A stretch of DNA of 64,000 bases from a bacterium (GTDB lineage: Bacteria; Hinthialibacterota; Hinthialibacteria; Hinthialibacterales; Hinthialibacteraceae), in assembly GCA_963662285.2 (NCBI GenBank), contig CAXXMV010000001.1, positions 640,001 through 704,000 of the forward strand, given 5' to 3'. The position numbers and the translations under genes are program-made. Below the pieces are notes generated by a model. It had not been told where the DNA came from. It saw only the letters and a program-made list of their open reading frames with translations, and searched no databases. Positions 9,559-19,252 of this stretch are shown here, in pieces (the stretch's first letter is position 1; the number at the start of each line of letters is the position of its first letter).

Positions 9559-11289
9559 TTAACTGTGATCACAAATATAAAACGGGTATTTTTCTTTCTT
9601 TTCTCTTAATGCTCCAGAAGGGTGGTTATTTCGAATAGTATTTTCCGGTTTGCTAAATTTAACACTGGCTCCTTTAACATCATAACCAGAAAAATATAAA
9701 TATCCGCCGACAGACTTTTCCCGTTGTGAAAGACAGTAGGCCATATATATACTTTGCGCAGATGGTGTATTTTCCAACGTTACACCGTCCTCATCTAACT
9801 TATCCTTGAAATTCTCTACGATAATATCGGGCGTCACCGTATACCCAACCTTATTGCCAAAAAGATGATGTTCGTTTACTGATGCATATAGTTTCTCAAT
9901 CCCGCTAATCAACTCACGAACGTTTCCGCTGTTAAACAGGAATGAGCCATACATCATGAGCGCTGTTGGTGTAAAAGATATTTTGTTATTAGTGTTTGTT
10001 GCGCTGTATTTTTTATATCCAGGTAGATAATGAAGACTTAAAAGTATCCGGTCAAAATCACGGTCTTTAAGTGGGGGAACGCAGATCGCATTATCGACTT
10101 TTAACCGGTATAATAAATCGTGTTGTACTGCTGCCAGGAGTTTTTCTTTATCGAGATTTGATGCCACTATGATTTTAACTTCAACCCCAATATCTGTGTC
10201 GCTACCCAGTCTCCTGATCTTCTTTTCTTCTAAAAAGCGGAGAAGCATGGCTTGGCATTTGGAATCTAAGTGGTGGATTTCATCGAGAAATACGATTCCA
10301 TCATTAGCTTGTTCAAATAATCCTTTATGCTGCTTGTAAGCACCCGTGAAAGCCCCCTTTTCGTGGCCGAATAATAAACTGTATGCCGTGTTTCCGGATA
10401 CCGACGCACAATTGAATGAATGTATATCAGATTTGGTCAATTTACTAATGGATTGGCTAACTAGTTCTTTGCCTGTTCCCGTTTCTCCCAGAATGAAGAT
10501 AGGATCATTGTTATAATTGACTATGACATTCTTCATTACCTTTACTATTGCGGGACTGTAGCCTTGCCAATCATCGAACGCTCCTGGGAAATTGTTTTTA
10601 ATCTTGTTGTAATCTTCGTCCGGAGTTATTTTTTCTTCAATTTCTTTTCGCATCGCGATAGTTTTTGATTCCCATCCTTCAGACCAGTTCTTCTGGTCAT
10701 CATAAATTTCACAGCAAAGAATATCCGCTTTATCAAATTCTTCTAAAATGATATAGGTTTCGGCCAGGATGTCCTTGAGTGAAAGTAGAATGGAGACGAC
10801 AAAACCATGTAAATTAAATGATAGTGGAGGTTCTGATTCATATCGATAATGGAGTTCAATATTTTGGTTTTCAAATGGCTTAATTGTTTCAATAAGCAGC
10901 AACAACATTTGAGCATGCTTTTTTAACTTTTCTATTCCGTTTGGTATTGTCCACCAGTAGTCGCCTGGTTCCATACCCACGTATAATTCAGATGTGATCT
11001 CTTGTTGTGATGAAGAAAAAGAAGACATTATATTTATATCTGTACATCGTTTAAAAAAAGCATAATCGATTTCACTGCTGATATCCAAATCAAAAAAATC
11101 TTTAATAACTGTTTCTATGAAAGGATAAGAATCGGAAAAGAAAATCGATTCCGCATCGTTTCTATCGATACTAAGAGTTGTTGCTGCCTTATAAAAATTT
11201 GTCATCCAATCTTCGCCAAATGGACTTCTTATTTGGACGTTAGGAATTATTGATTCCATCTGCGCTGCAATAAGGTCGGCGTGACGCAT
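9559..11289 (-). CDS. Sigma54-dependent enhancer-binding protein (AAA+) with an unrecognised N-terminal domain
   Basis: GETGTGKE Walker A, LFGHEKGAFTGA, FLDEI Walker B, DLLYRL, GNVREL. Confidence 0.9.
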   Translation of the reverse strand: MRHADLIAAQMESIIPNVQIRSPFGEDWMTNFYKAATTLSIDRNDAESIFFSDSYPFIETVIKDFFDLDISSEIDYAFFKRCTDINIMSSFSSSQQEITSELYVGMEPGDYWWTIPNGIEKLKKHAQMLLLLIETIKPFENQNIELHYRYESEPPLSFNLHGFVVSILLSLKDILAETYIILEEFDKADILCCEIYDDQKNWSEGWESKTIAMRKEIEEKITPDEDYNKIKNNFPGAFDDWQGYSPAIVKVMKNVIVNYNNDPIFILGETGTGKELVSQSISKLTKSDIHSFNCASVSGNTAYSLLFGHEKGAFTGAYKQHKGLFEQANDGIVFLDEIHHLDSKCQAMLLRFLEEKKIRRLGSDTDIGVEVKIIVASNLDKEKLLAAVQHDLLYRLKVDNAICVPPLKDRDFDRILLSLHYLPGYKKYSATNTNNKISFTPTALMMYGSFLFNSGNVRELISGIEKLYASVNEHHLFGNKVGYTVTPDIIVENFKDKLDEDGVTLENTPSAQSIYMAYCLSQREKSVGGYLYFSGYDVKGASVKFSKPENTIRNNHPSGALREKKEKYPFYICDHS

Positions 11290-11373
11290 GATCCCTCCAG
11301 TTGTATTGGGGTGGTTGAATTACATATTTACTCTAAGATTACAAGCCCTTTATACGGGAATTACACCATCTTG

Positions 11374-11388
11374 GCAATATGCGTGCCA
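11374..11388 (-). promoter_or_regulatory. Sigma54 promoter upstream of the EBP gene
   Basis: Minus strand TGGCACGCATATTGC, consensus TGGCAC-N5-TTGC, 85 bp upstream of ATG 11289. Confidence 0.7.
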
Positions 11389-11608
11389 TTTTAGTTATTT
11401 TTTAATACAATTCATTTTTTATTCATGACGCAAATCACGGTACACACAGTGTTTTTTGAAAATAATATAATATTCTATACCTTAGTATGACTATTATATA
11501 CTACTATTTCTCTTCTTAAAAAGGAAAACAACCGTGATTTGCGTGTGTTGCGTGATGGCAAAGAAGATTCCACACGATCCTGACGCAAATCACGCAGTAA
11601 TGTAAAAA

Positions 11609-12739
11609 TCATTCCGCTCTCCACAACGTCGCGGCTATATACCGCTCCGGTGACTGATTGTCGCAGAAATAATAGACTGTGACAATAACACCATCCGGGC
11701 ATTGGATGGTTCGAGGGTAGCCAATATCCCGGCTGATACCATCTTCGCGTAAGCTGATGGGTTCGCTCCAGGTTTTTCCTTCATCCCCGCTGATCTGAGT
11801 CCGGATACTGAACGGTTCGGCGCGGTATCCATATGTCAGGCAAATCCGGCCATCTTGCAAACGGATCATACTGGGTGGATTGCCTTCACCAATGTCATCA
11901 GCGGGCGTGCTCCATGGTTGCCATTCTTTTCCGTTGTTTTCTGACCGGTATATATCTATCCAACGTTTATTCCCTTCGCGCTTTCGAAGAGCTACAATGA
12001 GATTCGTATCGGAAAGCCTGACGGAAGACGGCATAATGGAAAATCCTTCCGGTTCCGGTCCAATCCATGAAATCCGGTGCCAGGTTATTCCGCCATCTTG
12101 CGTACGGGCGCAGAAAGAACGCCCTTCAAGGCCATTTTTCTTAGCACATGTCAAAAAGGCCGTGCACTCTTTCGAAGAATCGACAATATAATCAGTCCGG
12201 GCGGCGATCCCTTTAACCCCATTTATCAACAAATCGAATGGCCCCTTCCAGTGATGTCCCCGGTCGTATGAATAATAGAATAATGAGGGGCCGGTGTTAC
12301 TATCCAGCATACGCATCGTCATGGCAAAATCGGGATGCGTAAAATCAATCTTTGTTGTATTTGGAATAGGTACAGGAGGGATAAGATGCGGGGGACGTTC
12401 TCCATGAAGCGCGGTTCCCCACGGTACAATGGTTTCAGAGGGATCTTCAACCGCCTAGGATTGCCCGCCATCGATACTTCTGGCAAACAGATGCTCTTCG
12501 GGCTGTTCGCGGTCTATATGATGCCTGTCGCCTAAATCCTTGTAATAACCACGGCTGAATCCAACCAGAATTTCATCGCCCCAATTCCAAATACCATGAT
12601 TAGCAGGCCAGCCTCCGAACCGTCCTTCCTCCCTGTATACTGTCACATGATTAATAACCGTAATCTTCGTATCCGCTTGAGTTGTAATCAAGATAACAAA
12701 AACAAAAAAGAAAATGAGCATCGTCTTAATACAGGACAT
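11609..12739 (-). pseudogene. Secreted BNR/Asp-box (sialidase-like) protein interrupted by one in-frame TAG
   Basis: ORFs 12455-12739 and 11609-12322 share a frame; TAG at 12455-12457 falls where the Asp-box Trp is expected (SIDGGQS*); other Asp boxes SYDRGHHW, TQDGGITW, SENNGKEW, SGDEGKTW; signal peptide. Confidence 0.8.
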
Positions 12740-12999
12740 TATAAATCCCTTTCTTCACAAACCCGTCGGTAAAAAGGTGACTGTGACTGAAAACTGTTTT
12801 ATCACAACGGCGTAACAGTAACAATAGAAGATCCTTAATCTGCTCACAAACGAAGCACAATTTCCCATATTCTCCAAACATGCTTATTATGATATGCCCA
12901 ATCGACCGTAGAAGCCGTATGGTGATTTAACTAAATTTTTTATCAAGGACAAATATATGAAATTAAAAAGAACTCATCCTTATAAGGAGGTAAAGTCAA

Positions 13000-13155
13000 A
13001 TGAAGATTGCAAAGTATACAAAGTCACTGACGATTGTCTTGGAAGAAGAAATTTATAACCACATCAAGCAGATCAGTGAGGAGCGAGAGACCAGTATGGG
13101 CGAAATCGTTCGTGAGATCGTCGATACGCATTTTAAACAAAACAAAAAACTATAG
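13000..13155 (+). CDS. Ribbon-helix-helix (CopG-like) protein, 51 aa, absent from the ORF track
   Basis: AAGGAGG RBS; MKIAKYTKSLTIVLEEEIYNHIKQISEERETSMGEIVREIVDTHFKQNKKL has a beta-alpha-alpha RHH pattern. Confidence 0.7.
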   Translation: MKIAKYTKSLTIVLEEEIYNHIKQISEERETSMGEIVREIVDTHFKQNKKL

Positions 13156-13167
13156 GAGAGAAATATT

Positions 13168-13608
13168 ATGTTTAATAGTCAAGAAATAAATTTAACAGAG
13201 GTGAACGATTTTTATAACGATTTGTATAAAGATCGTAAAGAAGAAGCGAGTGCTCCGGAAGAAGTAAAGGCTAGTTCAGGTGTTCCCAATGGTGAATATA
13301 AAGTATCTGTGAACAATGTGCGTTTATCAGAATCAAAGAGTGGAAAACCACAATTAAAATGGGTGCTTGAAATCGAAAAAGGCGCTTACCAGGAAGATCT
13401 ATTATGGCATTGCAATACTCTGACGAAGAGTAAAGAATCGATGGATCAGTTACGGCGGGATCTATCCAAATTCGGTGTTAAATTGGATTCTCTGGATGAT
13501 CTGAGAAACCAAAAATTTCTGAGCCAGTTTGTAGGCCGCTGTTTGATTGTTTGTGTTGAGAGAGACAACACATTCGTGAATGCGCATTTCTTAAAAGCGA
13601 TAGATTAA
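13168..13608 (+). CDS. DUF669-like protein (putative phage-type ssDNA-binding)
   Basis: VPNGEYKVSV...SKSGKPQLKWVLEI.KG.Y pattern; AGGAGA RBS. Confidence 0.65.
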   Translation: MFNSQEINLTEVNDFYNDLYKDRKEEASAPEEVKASSGVPNGEYKVSVNNVRLSESKSGKPQLKWVLEIEKGAYQEDLLWHCNTLTKSKESMDQLRRDLSKFGVKLDSLDDLRNQKFLSQFVGRCLIVCVERDNTFVNAHFLKAID

Positions 13609-13953
13609 AATCAAGCGGGCATAAACCGCTCTATCTGTCTATAAAAAACTTTCAAAATCTGGGGTCTCTCCAGCACTTCTGCTGGTAAAAAATACACAGA
13701 AGTATTAGAAAACAAGAATGGAAATGGCGCCAGCGCAAGTACTGGTTTTTATTATGACAAAGATCATATTGCAGCGGTTTTTGAATACTGTGCTAAAAGC
13801 ATTCGAGAAGGTGGTATCGTCATAAATGATAGTAAGTCTGCTTCCCAAAAGATAGTTCGGGACGCATCGGTTCAATCGAAAGCGCTCGTTAATAACAGTG
13901 GGATAGTACAAAACACTAATATCGAAGCAGCGGTAAAAAGGCAACCATATCGA

Positions 13954-14271
13954 TTGAAAGCAGAAATTTTTGATGTTCAAGTTAAACAGGATCCAAAATC
14001 AGGGAAAGAAAATGTTCAGTGGGGTTTGATACCTATTGATCTTGATGCTCCTAAGGATAAATATTGGCAAACAACATGGGTCAATTGCAAAGATAACAAC
14101 AGATATCTGAAAGATAATTTATCCATCTGCGGTTATCCTGATGCAACAGTGGAAGATTTGAAAAAACCAGATTTCGTACAGCAATTGATTGGAATACAAG
14201 TTTGGATAAAGGTCACTCCAAGTAGTGGAGATTACTGGAATACATGCATCGAAAGGAGATTCTATAAATAA
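13954..14271 (+). CDS. Divergent DUF669-like protein (frame open from ~13645, start unclear)
   Basis: KSGKENVQW...LKDNLSICG...DLKKPDFVQQLIG parallels the 13168 ORF. Confidence 0.45.
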   Translation: MKAEIFDVQVKQDPKSGKENVQWGLIPIDLDAPKDKYWQTTWVNCKDNNRYLKDNLSICGYPDATVEDLKKPDFVQQLIGIQVWIKVTPSSGDYWNTCIERRFYK

Positions 14272-14443
14272 TGCTTGAAGCTCCGAGAGAGAAAATCTTT
14301 CGATACAAGACTCAAGAGCAAATAGTCGGCATTACCCAGAACCGGGATAAGTTAGTAAAAGTACGCACCACTTTGAAGACGAAGATAAATAATATTTTTG
14401 TCAACTCATGGTGGTGCGTATACTTATTATAGGAGATTAACAA

Positions 14444-14977
14444 ATGAATAAAGAATCAGATAGTACTTTACTTAATCTAAGCGATAGTACATCAAATGCG
14501 AATGATCAAATTATTTTCTACGAAAGCCATTGTTCATATAATAACAATGATAATTCAATTGAAAGGAGTGACTTGATAACTGATCGAGAAGAATTAGCGA
14601 ATGTTGATGATTTCTATCAAAAATTGAAGGAAAGAATGACAATTTCTTCTGTTGTAATCCCAAATGGAAAATATACCGTATCGGTTGTTGCCATGAAACT
14701 CAAAAAAACTACTGAGGGATATTTACAATTAGTGTGGACGCTTAAGATCATCGGAAAATTGGAAGAATTAGTGATAGAGCATAAAAACAATATAGTTGTT
14801 ACTTATAAACCCTTAAAACGGCTGATAAAGGATCTCGCAATATTTGGTGTTTCAATAAATAATATTACCGAATTGGATGATCCGAAATTCTATAAACAAT
14901 TTATTGGAAGAAAACTAGAAATAAAAACCAAACAAAAGATTGTAAGTTACAGCACTAATTTCTTGAAAATTCTGTAA
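14444..14977 (+). CDS. DUF669-like protein, paralog of 13168-13608
   Basis: VDDFY, IPNGKYTVSV, LVWTLKI, KDLAIFGV, FIGRKL, NFLK match the first paralog. Confidence 0.6.
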   Translation: MNKESDSTLLNLSDSTSNANDQIIFYESHCSYNNNDNSIERSDLITDREELANVDDFYQKLKERMTISSVVIPNGKYTVSVVAMKLKKTTEGYLQLVWTLKIIGKLEELVIEHKNNIVVTYKPLKRLIKDLAIFGVSINNITELDDPKFYKQFIGRKLEIKTKQKIVSYSTNFLKIL

Positions 14978-15447
14978 TAATTGACAACAAAAATTCTGTG
15001 GATCGAGGCATCGAAAGGAGAAGAATATTAGACGATGCGCAAAGTTCAAAAATCAAAGAAGGCTGGAGTCGTTTTTAGTGAAATGGCTCTGGCTTTTTTC
15101 AACTTTGGAATTGCAGATATATTCTCTCATTTATTTATCCGGTATAGCAACAAAGGTCAAACTCACGGGTTGACTTGTGGGTTTCATTATCCTAGAACCG
15201 GGAACCTTACTAAGTGCTTGTATCGCACCTAACGGAATAATTCTATTTTGGGAATGAACGCAATCGAATATGTGGAAACTATCACTTACGACAGAACAAC
15301 CAAGCTATAACTCCCAGGATGACAATCTTCTTCGACAGATAAGTGAGTTAAACAAGTCGCTCTTGAATATGATGGAAGGAATGCCGTATCCAGTCATTGT
15401 TGAATACTCCTATATATTAAATCAAAAATAAAGACTCAAAAGAAAAC

Positions 15448-16122
15448 TCAAATATCCCATTCCAAAATGGCCCCATTTTTCAACAGCCAGTCTTTAGCTT
15501 TTTCCATATCGGTGATCTGAGCTTTGACGATGTTCCAAAACTGTGGCGTGTGGTTATTTTCAAGCAAATGAGCCAATTCGTGGATGATCATGTAATCGAT
15601 GATGAACATGGGGGCTTTGATCAAACGCCAGTTAAAATTGAGATTGTTCTTTGGCGTACAGGAGCCCCATCGATATTTACAATCCGTGATTTTAGCCTGA
15701 TTGTATTCAACTCCCAATTTTATCGCGTGACGGGGAACACGGGGGAGAATAATCTCTTTCGCTTTCTCGATATACCATTGCTTAATTACGTTTTTTCTTT
15801 TCGATAGTTTTTTTGGAATTAGGAACTTATGGGCAAATCGGATTTCGTCTACGCCATCTACCAATTCAATCAGGTAATTACGCCCCAAGTAAAGCATAGA
15901 TTCTCCGTTAACTAATTCTTTTCCAGGAGGGTGGGGTAATTCATTGAATTTTTGAGGGTGTTTTGTCTTGATGTAAATCCATTCTTTTCTCGATTCTACG
16001 GCTTGTCGAATTTTCTCTGGTGTTGCGCCAGCTGGCGCACGCACTACTATCGAACGGTCGCGTTCTACCGTGATCGCGATATTCTTCCTCTTCGAATAGA
16101 TAATCGTATAATTGAGTTCCAT
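15448..16122 (-). CDS. YgjP/DUF45 (M48-like) metal-dependent hydrolase associated with type I R-M
   Basis: RWGSC, HELAHL..NH...FW motif; directly downstream of hsdR. Confidence 0.88.
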   Translation of the reverse strand: MELNYTIIYSKRKNIAITVERDRSIVVRAPAGATPEKIRQAVESRKEWIYIKTKHPQKFNELPHPPGKELVNGESMLYLGRNYLIELVDGVDEIRFAHKFLIPKKLSKRKNVIKQWYIEKAKEIILPRVPRHAIKLGVEYNQAKITDCKYRWGSCTPKNNLNFNWRLIKAPMFIIDYMIIHELAHLLENNHTPQFWNIVKAQITDMEKAKDWLLKNGAILEWDI

Positions 16123-16123
16123 T

Positions 16124-19100
16124 TTATGGCGCGTAGAGAATCCTGTCGTTATTCTTGTAGGCTAGTTCCATGCAACGAGTAATAATCTGTTCCCGCTTAG
16201 AAATAATTCCCGGCAATCTTACAAAATTCGCGGATAGCAGGACTTGTTGGATCTCTGCCCTCAAACGCTTCCGGGCGGGATTGCACTCCCAAAAGCCGGT
16301 TAATTTCAATTCCCGTTCTACCGTATTATACACTTGTTGTGTTAAGTCGACCATTTTACTGATTTGGTCATCGTCGAGTTCGCCGTTGTCATAGATTTCT
16401 TTCTTGAACATGCGGAAAAACGGCATCTGTTTTTTCTTATGCAGCCCGTACGTGGGTTCTTTATTCGCATTCAGAATTCGTTTCCGTAGTTTTTCTAATT
16501 CTTCATATATTTTCTGCCAGTTTTCTTTAAATTCCATAAAAATCGCAGCTAATGCTTCAGCGAAAGACGCTTGTAAATCGGGATCGTCGTCCAGTTCCAC
16601 TTCTATATGGTGGCGAATGGCATGCTCGACTTCCGCCGCTTTGGTTTTCTCCCGCTTACGTTTCCCCACCTGACTCTCAAAATCATCATCCAGGATGGAA
16701 ATCGGTTTTATCTTCTGCTCGATTCCTTTCGATTCGAGGTAAGCATCCGTCAACACGCGCAATTTGGCAGGAATCCCCTTCATGCTTAAACGCGCATCAT
16801 AAAAATGTTTCGCCGCCATAACATTGATTTCGGTCAGCTGCTGATAAAGATTCATGTATTCCAGTGCTTCTTTGGCAGGAAACACGAGATTCAAACTTTT
16901 AGTCAGGTTTTTGAAGGCCTGCATGTATTCAAAGCGGATGTCTTCATCGTAAAATAAATCAAAAAAAGAGTCGAGATCGTTATAATCAGTTAGACCGTAC
17001 TTCTCCAAGAATTCCTGGATCACTCGGCAGTTTGCCTGTAATTCCCGCAATTCTTCTTCAGGAAAACTGAGGGAATCACGTATTTCTTTTTGTTCTTTAT
17101 CATCATAGACATCGATAGCCCGCTTTAGGTGATGCCCGATGCCAACGTAATCGACGACGAATCCTTTCTCTTTATCCTCACTCTCCACGCGATTTACGCG
17201 GGCAATGGCCTGAAGCAGATTATGAGCCACGATAACACGATCCAGATACAACACCTGTTCGACTGGTGCATCGAATCCTGTAATCAACATGTTGTATACA
17301 ATCACAATTCCGATTTCCCCGGTCACGCCTTCATCCTGGCCCTCAAAAGGCAATTTGAAACTCTTAATGGATGCTTTGTGCTTAGATGGATTGGTATAAG
17401 GCTTAAGATGCAACTGATCGTTATTGTTACTAGAAATAATCACATCCGTTTCTAGTTTTTTGAGTGTGACAAGATTCAATTTACGGGGATTGCTCTTTTC
17501 CAATTCCGCTATGACATCCGCCAACGCCTTATCAAGCGCCGTTTTGTAACGCACCGCTGCTTCTCGTGATGCAGCTACTACCTGCGCCTTGAAGCCGTTA
17601 GGAAACACGTGATCAAGATAATGACGAATCACATCCTCCGCTTTGGCGGTTATGGTCGGCTCTGCTTCCAGATACGCATCACGCGAGCCATAACCGAGAA
17701 TCGCCAATCGTTCCTGTAGGTTGTATTCGCTGAACACGTCGGCGAACGCTGTATCCATTGCATCTCGGTTGACAATTTCGGCGTTATGCGTTCGGCCTTC
17801 GTAAACAATTTCCAGTGTGACGCCGTCCTCGATGGATTGGCGCATGGTGTATTTGTCGATGTAATCCCCAAAAACCCGCTCGGTCTTATCGATTGGCGTT
17901 CCTGTATATCCGAATCGGGCGGCGTTGGGAATCGCCTTATCCAGGTTCGCCGCCAGAAGCGCGTACTGCGATCGATGCGCTTCGTCGGTCATTACCAGGA
18001 TATTCGGGCTGGGATTCAATTCCGGGAAAGTCTGCGTCAGGTCTCGCTCCTGGAACTTGTGAATCATCGCCATAACCAAATCGGACGAACCAGAACGCAG
18101 CAGATCTTTGAGTTCGGGAATGTTGTTAGCCTGATTAACGGAGAAACCGATGTTTTGCCCCGTCTCCAGGAGTTGATCTTCGAGCTGCGTCCGGTCGGTG
18201 ACAAAAACCACTTTCCATTGACAGAGTTGAGGATGCTTGTACATCTCTCGCACCATAAACATCATGGTCAATGACTTGCCAGAGCCTTGGGTATGCCAGA
18301 TTATGCCACTGCGTTCGCGTGGCGTCTTCCCATCCAACAATTGTTTCACTGCCTTTTTCACCGCGCGGAATTGTTGATAGCGCCCAACGATCTTGATGGT
18401 TTCACCCTTGTCGTTGGTCGTGAAGAGGGTAAATGTTCGGATGATGTCCAATAGGTTATCCTTGGTCATCATCCCTGCAACTAACCGTTGTTGGTCGTTA
18501 GCCGTGCTGCCGCCGTGTTCCAGATCATCGACCGAAAGAGGGTACGGATCAGCCCAACGGAAGAAATATTTTTCCGTTTTCGTCGTGATGGATCCAAATT
18601 TCGCTTTTTGGCGACTGGTGACAACAATGAACTGATTGTAAAAAAACAACGACGGACTGCCTTCGCCTTTAGCACCGCGCTGTTCGCTGTAACGCATCAG
18701 TTGGTCGATGGCTTCAGGAATCGAATCATTCACCTTGGGGGATTTACATTCAATAACGACAAAAGGAAGACCATTAACGAACAACACGATATCCGGATAT
18801 ATATGGTGCTCCGTCCCCAGAATACGCACCTTGTACTGGCAGACGGCGATGAATCGGTTATTTTGAGAATTCTTGAAATCGATAAAGCGCACTGTCGGGC
18901 TTTTTTCGCCCGTTTGGCGGTTTTCGGAAACACTGGTGTTTTCCAACAGCAAATGCAACAGATGGCGGTTATTTTCAATTAGTTGGCTGCCTGGAAAGTT
19001 GGCGGTGAGATGCTTGACCGCTTCTTCCACCTGATCGTCTTCCAACCAGGGATTGATGGTCTTCAGCGACTCACGCAGCACGGGGAGCATCACCACTTCC

Positions 19101-19252
19101 GTGAAACTCTCCCTGAAGGTATCGCCCGGTTTCTGCTTGTTATTCAGGTCGATAATCTCCCAGCCCAATCCCGCCAACTGATCCAATAGCGGTTTTTCAA
19201 CGTGGTTACGTTCGTCGAGTTTGATGTGCGGAGGAGTTTTGTTCGTTTTCAT
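16124..19252 (-). CDS. hsdR: Type I restriction endonuclease subunit R
   Basis: PDIVLFVNGLP..IECK nuclease motif, HTQGSGKS, DEAHR, TGTP, TGFDAP, QAIARVNR. Confidence 0.96.
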   Translation of the reverse strand: MKTNKTPPHIKLDERNHVEKPLLDQLAGLGWEIIDLNNKQKPGDTFRESFTEVVMLPVLRESLKTINPWLEDDQVEEAVKHLTANFPGSQLIENNRHLLHLLLENTSVSENRQTGEKSPTVRFIDFKNSQNNRFIAVCQYKVRILGTEHHIYPDIVLFVNGLPFVVIECKSPKVNDSIPEAIDQLMRYSEQRGAKGEGSPSLFFYNQFIVVTSRQKAKFGSITTKTEKYFFRWADPYPLSVDDLEHGGSTANDQQRLVAGMMTKDNLLDIIRTFTLFTTNDKGETIKIVGRYQQFRAVKKAVKQLLDGKTPRERSGIIWHTQGSGKSLTMMFMVREMYKHPQLCQWKVVFVTDRTQLEDQLLETGQNIGFSVNQANNIPELKDLLRSGSSDLVMAMIHKFQERDLTQTFPELNPSPNILVMTDEAHRSQYALLAANLDKAIPNAARFGYTGTPIDKTERVFGDYIDKYTMRQSIEDGVTLEIVYEGRTHNAEIVNRDAMDTAFADVFSEYNLQERLAILGYGSRDAYLEAEPTITAKAEDVIRHYLDHVFPNGFKAQVVAASREAAVRYKTALDKALADVIAELEKSNPRKLNLVTLKKLETDVIISSNNNDQLHLKPYTNPSKHKASIKSFKLPFEGQDEGVTGEIGIVIVYNMLITGFDAPVEQVLYLDRVIVAHNLLQAIARVNRVESEDKEKGFVVDYVGIGHHLKRAIDVYDDKEQKEIRDSLSFPEEELRELQANCRVIQEFLEKYGLTDYNDLDSFFDLFYDEDIRFEYMQAFKNLTKSLNLVFPAKEALEYMNLYQQLTEINVMAAKHFYDARLSMKGIPAKLRVLTDAYLESKGIEQKIKPISILDDDFESQVGKRKREKTKAAEVEHAIRHHIEVELDDDPDLQASFAEALAAIFMEFKENWQKIYEELEKLRKRILNANKEPTYGLHKKKQMPFFRMFKKEIYDNGELDDDQISKMVDLTQQVYNTVERELKLTGFWECNPARKRLRAEIQQVLLSANFVRLPGIISKREQIITRCMELAYKNNDRILYAP

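Noticed and set aside
9115-9638. Small ORFs between the primase and EBP genes
   Set aside because: No recognisable motifs, mutually overlapping; not supportable
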